33,534 nt of DNA from the IMG/VR virus record IMGVR_UViG_3300005611_000112, positions 1-33,534 of that record; one strand, given 5' to 3'. This DNA comes from a virus. Its lineage: Duplodnaviria > Caudoviricetes. The stretch's first letter is position 1. Each line of letters opens with the position of its first letter. A program made the position numbers and the translations under genes. The notes under the pieces are model-generated. The model was given only the letters and a program-made list of their open reading frames with translations. It was not told the DNA's origin and searched no databases. Positions 26,214 to 33,534 of this stretch are shown here, one piece after another.

Positions 26214-29200
26214 ATGGCTATCACGATTAGAACAGCTTCAGTCTTAGGCGGTGGTGCATCTGTACCTGACGCGACCACAACCACCAAAGGCAAGGTGCGC
26301 CTCGCCACCATCGCTGAGGCAGCGGGCTCGAGCGAAGCCATCGCAGTCACTCCCGCAGGTCTGCAGGCTGAGATTGGTGGCATCACAGGCGGGCTGACAT
26401 ACAAAGGGCTGTGGGATGCAGTCAATGCAGTGCCTGACCTCAGCAACGCGCTTCAAGGTGACTTCTATAAGATCAGCGCTGCGGGCTCTCGCTATGGTCA
26501 AGATTGGGAGATCAATGACCACCTCATCATCAATGATGATATGGGTGGCACGATTGACAACGCCAAGATCGACAAGATCGACAATACAGAGCAGGTCGCA
26601 GAGCTCAACGATCTGACTGATGTGACCATTACCTCACAAGCCTCTGGCGAGGTTCTCAAGTATGATGGGAGCGCGTGGATCAACGCTGCGCTCACCACAA
26701 GCGATGTGTCAGGTGTTGCGACTGATGCAGACCTCACCACGCTTGAGGGGCGCGTGACTACCAACGAGGGTGACATTAGCGCGCTCGATGGTCGCGTCAC
26801 CACCAATGAGGGTGACATCAGCTCCGCTCAAACAGAGATCAACGCAATCGAGACAGGCGCAGGGCTCAACAGCAACGGCACCTATACGCCAGATGCAGGT
26901 GCTGACTACATCAGCGCAGCGTCTAGCCTTAAGAACGCTGACAGCCTCCTTGATGATCAGATTAAGATCAACGCTGACGCGATCAGCGCAGCGCAGACAG
27001 AGATCAACGCGATTGAGACAGGCGCAGGGCTCAACTCAAACGGCACCTATACGCCAGACGCGACAGCCGACTACATCAGCGCAGCGTCTAGCCTCAAGAA
27101 CGCTGACAGCCTCCTTGATGATAAGCTCAAGGAAACTCGCGATCTTGTTGATAACTTAGGCACTTCAAGCGTCAGCTCAGTCAACAGCATCTCACCTGTA
27201 GCGGGCGATGTGACTGTTGGTGGTGGTGATATCGACAGCGCTCACACAGCGACCAACTACACAGCCACCTCAGCAGACCTTGATGGTCACCTCGCAGGTG
27301 TTGACACTGCGCTTGGGCTCAAGGCCAACAGCGCGAGCCTCGCGACTGTTGCGACCTCTGGCGCTTATGCTGACCTCAGTGGCTCACCTGCTCTCGCGAC
27401 TGTCGCCACCTCAGGTCTTTATACTGACCTCTCAAGCCTCCCAACGCTTGGCACAGCAGCAGCTCTCGATGTCGGCACAAGCGCCAACAACGTGGTGCAG
27501 CTCAACGGCTCAGCGCAGCTCCCTGCTGTTGATGGCTCACAGCTCACTGGTATCGTGGCAGACGTGAGCACAGCCTCTGTGGGTGACCTCTCAGACGTGA
27601 CCATCACCTCAGCGAGCGCCAACGAGCTCCTCAAGTTCAATGGCAGCGCATGGGTCAATGCTTCGGTCGCTTATTCTGAGGTGACAGGCACACCTAGCCT
27701 CGCGACTGTTGCGACCTCTGGCTCTTATGCTGACCTCTCCAACACGCCTACACTCGGCACAGCGTCAGCCCAAGATGTCGGTACAGCGACCGGTGACGTG
27801 GTTCAGCTCGTTGACGTTGGTGGCTCGCCTGGCTTGCCTGTTGTCGATGGCTCACAGCTCACAGGCATCACGGCAGATGTGAGCACAGCATCTGTGGGTG
27901 ACCTCTCAGACGTGACCATCACGAGCGCCTCGAGCGCGCAGGTGCTCAAGTACAACGGCACAGCATGGGTCAACAGCTCGGTGGCCTATGCCGAGGTGAC
28001 AGGCACTCCTAGCCTCGCGACTGTTGCAACCACAGGCGATTATGCTGACCTCAGCAATACTCCATCTCTTGCGACAGTAGCAACCACAGGTGCTTACTCT
28101 GACTTGAGCGGAGCGCCAACCCTCGGCACAGCTTCAGCGCTCGATGTCGGCACCTCAGCCAACAACGTGGTGCAGCTCAACGGCTCTGCTCAGCTCCCCG
28201 CTGTTGATGGGTCTCTGCTAACAGGCATCACAGCAGACGTGAGCTCTGCCTCTGTGGGTGATCTCTCAGACGTGACCATCACCTCTGCGACTACCAACCA
28301 AGTGCTCAAGTACAACGGCACAGCATGGGTCAATACTTCGGTCGCTGCTTCTGAGGTCACAGGTCTCGCCACAGTAGCGACCACAGGCGCAGCGTCAGAC
28401 CTCACAGGTCTCGCCACAGTAGCGACCACAGGCGCAGCGTCAGACCTCACCGGGCTCGCGACTGTTGCGACCTCTGGCTCTTATGCTGACCTCAGCAACA
28501 CGCCAACCCTCGGCACAGCAGCAGCTCTCGATGTCGGCACCTCAGCCAACAACGTGGTGCAGCTCAACGGCTCTGCTCAGCTCCCTGCTGTTGATGGGTC
28601 AAACCTCACAGGCATCACAGCAGATGTGAGCACAGCATCAATCGGTGATCTGTCTGATGTGTCACTTGTGAGCGCTGCTGATGGTGATGCGCTTGTCTAT
28701 GATGGAACCAACTGGCGGGATCTTGCGCTCGCGACTGTTGCGACCACAGGCGACTATGATGATCTCGTCAACGCGCCAAGCTCAATGATTGGAACGGCAG
28801 AGTTCATCACTGATGCCAACGCGCTCAACCTTGTGGCGGGCAAGCACTACATCATCGGCACGGCTAACGCGACCACCAAGACCATGACCCTGCCTGATGT
28901 GAGCTCAGCGGGTGAGTATATTCGCGTGACCAATTGGGGTGATGGCGAGCTTGTCATCCAAGTGGATCAAGTTAGATCCTCAGCTTATCTGCTCGTTGGA
29001 AATAGCGTCGTGCAGAATGGGCAGGTCACCATCGAGAGCAGAGCGACTGTTGACCTCTTTGGCTTTGATTATGTGGCAGGTGGTTATGAGCCCGCTTGGG
29101 GTGTTTACTTCTCAAGCTCCATCGAAACCAACACGCGCAGCTTTAACACCACAGGTCAGCTACCGGTTTATGACGCGATCAACAAGGAGTTTAGCGCAGG

Positions 29201-29594
29201 CGATGCAGGTGACCTCACGCTGAGCTACACTCCCACCAACTACACCTCAGCAGGTAACGGCATCGCTGACCACCTCGGTGGCATTGACACAGAGCTTGGG
29301 CTCAAAGCTGATCGCAAGACTTATGAAAGCAAGGCCATAAGCTTTACAGCTTCAAAAGATTATCATTATTCAATCGACACATCCTCTGGCTTAGTTACTG
29401 TCACGCTGCCCTCTGTGAGCACTGTGACAGCAGGATCAGAGGTCACTTTTAAGCTCAAAGACTCAACCAATGGCGCAACCTTAACGCCAAATGGCTCTGA
29501 TACGATTGATGGTCTTTCAAGTTATTCGATGAGCAACCCTAAAGAATCAATCACTCTTGTCAGTGATGGCTCAACAGATTGGGAGATTGTCTAA
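26214..29594 (+). CDS. long tail fibre protein with modular repeats
   Basis: DATTTTKGKVRLAT fibre motif; repeated LATVATSGxYxDL, LGTAAALDVGTSANNVVQL and DLSDVTITS..VLKYNG.AWVN units; C-terminal TVTLP...DTIDG...LVSDG..W domain. Confidence 0.9.
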   Translation: MAITIRTASVLGGGASVPDATTTTKGKVRLATIAEAAGSSEAIAVTPAGLQAEIGGITGGLTYKGLWDAVNAVPDLSNALQGDFYKISAAGSRYGQDWEINDHLIINDDMGGTIDNAKIDKIDNTEQVAELNDLTDVTITSQASGEVLKYDGSAWINAALTTSDVSGVATDADLTTLEGRVTTNEGDISALDGRVTTNEGDISSAQTEINAIETGAGLNSNGTYTPDAGADYISAASSLKNADSLLDDQIKINADAISAAQTEINAIETGAGLNSNGTYTPDATADYISAASSLKNADSLLDDKLKETRDLVDNLGTSSVSSVNSISPVAGDVTVGGGDIDSAHTATNYTATSADLDGHLAGVDTALGLKANSASLATVATSGAYADLSGSPALATVATSGLYTDLSSLPTLGTAAALDVGTSANNVVQLNGSAQLPAVDGSQLTGIVADVSTASVGDLSDVTITSASANELLKFNGSAWVNASVAYSEVTGTPSLATVATSGSYADLSNTPTLGTASAQDVGTATGDVVQLVDVGGSPGLPVVDGSQLTGITADVSTASVGDLSDVTITSASSAQVLKYNGTAWVNSSVAYAEVTGTPSLATVATTGDYADLSNTPSLATVATTGAYSDLSGAPTLGTASALDVGTSANNVVQLNGSAQLPAVDGSLLTGITADVSSASVGDLSDVTITSATTNQVLKYNGTAWVNTSVAASEVTGLATVATTGAASDLTGLATVATTGAASDLTGLATVATSGSYADLSNTPTLGTAAALDVGTSANNVVQLNGSAQLPAVDGSNLTGITADVSTASIGDLSDVSLVSAADGDALVYDGTNWRDLALATVATTGDYDDLVNAPSSMIGTAEFITDANALNLVAGKHYIIGTANATTKTMTLPDVSSAGEYIRVTNWGDGELVIQVDQVRSSAYLLVGNSVVQNGQVTIESRATVDLFGFDYVAGGYEPAWGVYFSSSIETNTRSFNTTGQLPVYDAINKEFSAGDAGDLTLSYTPTNYTSAGNGIADHLGGIDTELGLKADRKTYESKAISFTASKDYHYSIDTSSGLVTVTLPSVSTVTAGSEVTFKLKDSTNGATLTPNGSDTIDGLSSYSMSNPKESITLVSDGSTDWEIV
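26832..27122 (+). repeat. near-identical ~126-bp direct repeat, 165-bp (55-aa) period
   Basis: ACAGAGATCAACGC...CTCCTTGATGAT at 26832 and 26997. Confidence 0.9.
28357..28450 (+). repeat. exact 45-bp tandem duplication
   Basis: TCACAGGTCTCGCCACAGTAGCGACCACAGGCGCAGCGTCAGACC twice (TGLATVATTGAASDL). Confidence 0.92.
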
Positions 29595-30205
29595 TGTCAC
29601 ATAATAACTTAAAGATTGGGTCAGCCTTACCTGACGCTTCAAGCTCAATAGCAGTCAATATCGAAGATTTAAACGATGTTAGCGTGACCTCTCCATCTGA
29701 AAACCAGGTGCTTCGTTATCTTAATGGCACATGGTCAAATACTAATCTTCCTTTTGAAAGCATCTTTATCGGTGAGGGAGCTTCTCAAGACTATTCTACA
29801 TCAAGCGCAAGCTCGACATCATCAGGGGCAGTTGTAGAGTTTTATGACAGCTCGTTAATCAACACCATTACAGACGCTTCAGTAACTCAAACATCAGATT
29901 GGGTTCAATCTATAACTCTTGGCGTTGGTGAATATGTTGTCAGTGCAGTCATTGGTTTAACTTTTAGCTCATCTTCCGGACAGGCTTTGTTTAGAATATA
30001 CCAAGATGCATCAGCTGTTGGGTCTCAAGGCATTGTGGGATATGATAGCCAAGATGTTGGATCAAGGGCTGAAGCACGGATCAGCATAACATCAGGAACA
30101 GCCACAATCTCTGTGAAGCTGACAAGCTCAACAAGCGCCAACTCTGTCGCTTCACAGGGCAATCGTCATGCTGAGCGCAGCTTCTTAGAGGTGCGGAGGA
30201 TCTAA
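29594..30205 (+). CDS. fibre-associated/receptor-binding-like protein
   Basis: TAATG coupling; carries the fibre repeat IEDLNDVSVTSPSENQVLRY.NGTWSN; beta-sandwich-like C-terminus. Confidence 0.7.
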   Translation: MSHNNLKIGSALPDASSSIAVNIEDLNDVSVTSPSENQVLRYLNGTWSNTNLPFESIFIGEGASQDYSTSSASSTSSGAVVEFYDSSLINTITDASVTQTSDWVQSITLGVGEYVVSAVIGLTFSSSSGQALFRIYQDASAVGSQGIVGYDSQDVGSRAEARISITSGTATISVKLTSSTSANSVASQGNRHAERSFLEVRRI

Positions 30206-30855
30206 TGTCTCACTTAGCTGTATCTGTAAATGATCAAGCGCCAAATCTTCAAGGTCAACTGTCACAACTTGAAGCACTCGATGTCATTGGTGAGGCTAAT
30301 GGCGGTGAGGTGATCAGAGTTGATAGCTTAAATGAGATGTCAGCAATCAAGGCACCTCATCGATCAAGAGCTTATGTTGCTGGAGGTAATCCATCTGGAG
30401 CTTCAAGTGTGAATCTGTTTGTTCCAATCACGAGCTCAACATACCCGTATTTCTTAGAGATTGGGCCTCTTTTTATCAGCGGTATTGCAAGGCTTAGCTC
30501 GTCATCAGACTCAGGGCTCACATGGCTTTACAACTCTTATGGGGGAGGTAACACAAGATATGCAAACGGCCTTCAAATTACAGGCAGCGGTTTATATCGA
30601 TTATCAGCTGATTGGTGCGTTGGGTCTCTGTCTGCAAGCGGAGCTTATGTTGATGTGCAGTGGCAAACGTCAACAGGCGAACAGCTTGGGCCTATTGTGA
30701 GAATTGGGCGATCTGATGAGAAAAGAAATAGCTGTGTTGGTTATGTTAATGTGACAACTAGCGCGGTTGTGGGTCTTTATGTTCACGCAATCAGTAACGC
30801 GAAATATAACCTTGATAACTTTAACGACATTTTGATTTATGCGGAGAAGGTCTGA
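30205..30855 (+). CDS. fibre-associated/receptor-binding-like protein
   Basis: TAATG coupling; MSH N-terminus like the preceding gene; LQITGSGLYRLSA segment reminiscent of C1q/BclA-like domains. Confidence 0.65.
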   Translation: MSHLAVSVNDQAPNLQGQLSQLEALDVIGEANGGEVIRVDSLNEMSAIKAPHRSRAYVAGGNPSGASSVNLFVPITSSTYPYFLEIGPLFISGIARLSSSSDSGLTWLYNSYGGGNTRYANGLQITGSGLYRLSADWCVGSLSASGAYVDVQWQTSTGEQLGPIVRIGRSDEKRNSCVGYVNVTTSAVVGLYVHAISNAKYNLDNFNDILIYAEKV

Positions 30856-31226
30856 TGAAAACAATTCAAAAGTGTGATGATACAGTCTTAAAGGGTTGTT
30901 TGGTTGGTTGGTCTGACAATCAGACTTTAACTCAATATGTTGGCGCTAATTTAGCAGGTGTAGCAGGCGAGCCTTTTGAGATGGCAATCTCTGACAGCAT
31001 TGAGCAGCCAGGCGTGATGACTCGCGTTGTTGAATTGACTGTTCATGGTGAAACAAAAGCCGTCATCTCTGGCAGCGTTCCGAGATCAGGTGGCCCTCTT
31101 TATGCTCAAGGTGCCACGCTTTCATCTACACCAAATGGTGAGCCTTTAGCTATAGCTATGCCTGCTGATATTAATGTTGTTAATGACTTCTCAGATGGTC
31201 AGTTGATCAACATCATCATCTTGTAA
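30855..31226 (+). CDS. small protein resembling the cement protein at 10536-10922
   Basis: LAGVA...VELTVHGETKAVISG versus VVGIA...VEVLVHGTSRAIAGG. Confidence 0.6.
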   Translation: MKTIQKCDDTVLKGCLVGWSDNQTLTQYVGANLAGVAGEPFEMAISDSIEQPGVMTRVVELTVHGETKAVISGSVPRSGGPLYAQGATLSSTPNGEPLAIAMPADINVVNDFSDGQLINIIIL

Positions 31227-31237
31227 AGGAGCTCACC

Positions 31238-31516
31238 ATGTGGGAAATGGCACGAGACATCATCACGATTCTTTTGGTTCCAGCTCTAGGGTGGGTCATG
31301 CTAGTCAGTCGAGCGATGGAGAAGGCGCAGCTTCAGATCGAGCAGCACAAGCTCGACATCTTGACGCTCAAGGCTGAGGTCAAGGAGACCTCCAAGCAGA
31401 GCCAACAGATTGAGATCACTGTGGGCAAGATAGAGGCCAAAATGGAAGCGATCAATAATCAGCTCGAGAAGATCGAGGAGCTCTTAAAAGAGATCCGCGC
31501 AAGTAAGGCTGGATGA
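31238..31516 (+). CDS. holin-like membrane protein
   Basis: AAGGAG RBS; one N-terminal hydrophobic helix then a coiled coil; located after the tail genes. Confidence 0.6.
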   Translation: MWEMARDIITILLVPALGWVMLVSRAMEKAQLQIEQHKLDILTLKAEVKETSKQSQQIEITVGKIEAKMEAINNQLEKIEELLKEIRASKAG

Positions 31517-31872
31517 TGAGCGACCTAGTGCTAACCCCACAAGCTCAGCGCGCAACCTCGGTTGCGTTAGGTGTTTGGTCTATCATGCTCATGGTGCTCG
31601 TCAACTCGTGTCAGCCTGAGCCAGACTGCTCGTCATGTGAGGAGGCGCTCAAGCAGACTGAGCAGCTCTATCATCAGTGTGAGGCAGAGCTCTTGGAAGC
31701 CAAGCAGGATAGGTGTATTGAGGTGATCAAGGCAGAGCAGAAGAACTGCCGAGACACCATCAACACCTATAAGGCGATCCGTTGCCGAATCTGCGAGCTG
31801 ACCAATGATGCACTACCTCCTAAGCCTGCGCCTTCTCCTCTCACCTCTGAGCAGCCCAATCGCGCTGACTGA
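31513..31872 (+). CDS. Cys-rich membrane protein or lipoprotein, spanin-like
   Basis: Hydrophobic stretch ending LVNS-C (imperfect lipobox), helical body with several Cys, Pro-rich tail. Confidence 0.5.
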   Translation: MMSDLVLTPQAQRATSVALGVWSIMLMVLVNSCQPEPDCSSCEEALKQTEQLYHQCEAELLEAKQDRCIEVIKAEQKNCRDTINTYKAIRCRICELTNDALPPKPAPSPLTSEQPNRAD

Positions 31873-32239
31873 GCCTCTCAAGCTCAGCACCGGGCTCGAG
31901 CTTGAGGCGCTTTATGTCGAGCCCTCTGATCAGTTCTGCTTATCGGTCGAGCACTTCGCGATGGTCAAGAGTGACCTCGACAACACAGCCAAGGCTTGGA
32001 TGCGTAGGCTTGAGAGCCAACAGGCCATCTGTCGTGATCATCTCAACGAGGTGTTTAAGGCTCATCGCCAGGTGCATGAGGGTTATGTTGCTGAGCGCGA
32101 CAAGCTCAAGCGGGAGCTCGTCATGGTCGAGGCTGAGCGCAAAGATCTAAAAAAAGAGGTGTGGTGGCTTCGCGTGGGTGGCTCTGTGGTGTTAGTGTTG
32201 GGAGCGGTGACGATCACCTCTTTGTTGATCGCTCGCTGA
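31805..32239 (+). CDS. coiled-coil protein with C-terminal transmembrane helix, spanin-like
   Basis: Leu-rich N-terminus, central coiled coil, C-terminal VGGSVVLVLGAVTITSLLI; overlaps the previous gene. Confidence 0.55.
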   Translation: MMHYLLSLRLLLSPLSSPIALTEPLKLSTGLELEALYVEPSDQFCLSVEHFAMVKSDLDNTAKAWMRRLESQQAICRDHLNEVFKAHRQVHEGYVAERDKLKRELVMVEAERKDLKKEVWWLRVGGSVVLVLGAVTITSLLIAR

Positions 32240-32251
32240 CCTACACACACA

Positions 32252-32277
32252 AGGCGTGACCTCACGCCTCTTTTTTT
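32252..32277 (+). terminator. Rho-independent terminator ending the late operon
   Basis: AGGCGTG-acct-CACGCCT followed by C and seven T. Confidence 0.75.
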
Positions 32278-32289
32278 CGGAGATGGTCT

Positions 32290-33534
32290 ATGCAGAACCA
32301 TATCTTAGGCGATGTCGCCTTTGCTGCTCAGTACGCTCGACCCATTGAAGGCGGGCGCGAGAACTGGACTAATGCGGTTAATCGTGTCGAGAATATGCAT
32401 CTTGAGAAGTTTCCACAGGTGGCTCTTGAGACTATTAAAGCCTTCAATCTCGTACATGATAAGCGCGTGTTCCCAAGCCAACGCTCTACGCAGTTTGGTG
32501 GGCTCCCTATCAAGCGCAACAATATGCGCATCTATAACTGCACATACTCACCTTGTGATCGCCCGCGCTTCTTCAGCGAGGCGTTCTGGCTCTTGCTCAG
32601 TGGCTGTGGCACAGGCTTCTCAGTGCGCGCTGATGACGTGGCTCGCTTGGGGCGCTTGCTCACAAAGCAGGAGCGAGACAGGCGCTTGGTGCATGAGGTT
32701 TTAGTGACTGACTCCATCGAGGGATGGGCCAACGCTGCTCAGCTCCTCATCGATAGCTACATTCACCGAGGCTACTTTGCCGACTACCATGACGTGCGCT
32801 TTGACTTCAGCTTGATCAGACCCAAGGGCGCTGACATCTCAAGCGGGGGGAAGGCTCCAGGCGCAGGGCCTCTCAAGGTGGCGCTCGAGAAGATCAAGGC
32901 GCTCCTCGATGCTCGCATCAATGAGGGTCTGCCACGTCTGCGCTCTATCGACTGCTTTGACATCGTGATGTTCTTAAGCGAGGCGGTGCTCTCAGGTGGC
33001 GTGAGGCGCTCTGCATCTATCGCCATCTTCGATGAGGATGATGAGCTCATGATGAAGAGCAAGACAGGCGACTGGTGGAAGGATAACCCTCAGCGCGCTT
33101 ACGCCAACATCTCAGCAGGTGTGATCTTAGGGCAGGAGCAGCGCAAGGTTGTTGATGAGGTGGTGGAGATGGCTAAGGCTTGGGGTGAGCCCGGGGTGGC
33201 GTTCTTTGCGAGCAAGCGTCACGGCACCAACCCATGCGCTGAGATTGGCCTGTTCCCTTATTGGGTGCAGATGCCTAATGGTCGCAACCCTGAGCAGGTC
33301 ACCATTGATATGCTCGACAGGCGCGATGAGCTCGAGGGCAAGGGATGGCTCTTTCAGAGCGGGTGGAGCGTGTGCAACCTCACCGAGATCAATGGCGCGC
33401 TATGTAAAAGTAAAGAGGACTTCTTTGAGGCTTGTCGCGCAGCTGCTCACATCGGCACCCTGCAAGCGGGCTACACTCGTCAAGGTTATCTCACCCGCAC
33501 CACGCAGCTCATCCTTCAACAAGAGGCGCTGATT
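32290..33534 (+). CDS. nrdJ: class II (adenosylcobalamin-dependent) ribonucleotide reductase, monomeric type, 3'-truncated; absent from ORF track
   Basis: Manual translation MQNHILGDVAFAAQYAR...FPSQRSTQFGG...IYNC...LLSGCGTGFSV...DSIEGW...FDFSLIRPKG...GGVRRSA...GEPG...TNPCAEI...CNLTE; GGAG RBS; no stop before the window end. Confidence 0.93.
   Translation, partial: MQNHILGDVAFAAQYARPIEGGRENWTNAVNRVENMHLEKFPQVALETIKAFNLVHDKRVFPSQRSTQFGGLPIKRNNMRIYNCTYSPCDRPRFFSEAFWLLLSGCGTGFSVRADDVARLGRLLTKQERDRRLVHEVLVTDSIEGWANAAQLLIDSYIHRGYFADYHDVRFDFSLIRPKGADISSGGKAPGAGPLKVALEKIKALLDARINEGLPRLRSIDCFDIVMFLSEAVLSGGVRRSASIAIFDEDDELMMKSKTGDWWKDNPQRAYANISAGVILGQEQRKVVDEVVEMAKAWGEPGVAFFASKRHGTNPCAEIGLFPYWVQMPNGRNPEQVTIDMLDRRDELEGKGWLFQSGWSVCNLTEINGALCKSKEDFFEACRAAAHIGTLQAGYTRQGYLTRTTQLILQQEALI

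Noticed and set aside
26832-27122. Diversity-generating retroelement template/variable repeat pair
   Set aside because: Both copies are in frame within one gene, differences are mostly synonymous and not adenine-specific, and no reverse transcriptase is in the window.
32312-33532. ORF-track entries 32312-32704, 33149-33532 and the minus-strand ORFs here
   Set aside because: Shadows of the stop-less nrdJ frame starting at 32290.
1-33534. Stop-codon reassignment, tRNA genes, integrase or transposase
   Set aside because: Genes tile densely in the standard code using all three stops; no cloverleaf or recombinase motifs were recognised by eye.

Overview
This window is a 33.5-kb piece of a tailed dsDNA phage (or prophage) genome, probably siphovirus-like: it has a tail tube, a frameshifted chaperone and a tape measure gene, and no recognisable sheath. 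From left to right: a partial DnaC-like loader; a minus-strand thyX/small ORF/dCMP deaminase cassette; SSB; an ECF-like sigma factor; the small terminase and two inserted genes (one PD-(D/E)XK-like); the large terminase; a Mu-like head module (portal, protease with nested scaffold, cement, capsid, gpF-like); neck, tail and tail-tip genes; a CHAP hydrolase; a long repetitive tail fibre with AT-richer accessory genes; holin/spanin-like genes; and a partial class II ribonucleotide reductase that the ORF track misses. The most notable unexplained items are a promoter-short transcript-terminator unit at 673-778 whose body resembles a single CRISPR repeat, a 46-aa hyperacidic ORF between ssb and the sigma gene, a recurrent TAACAC-N1-2-CAA leader motif, an unusual spanin-like gene pair and a second cement-like gene. 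All calls come from reading motifs by eye; no searches were run.
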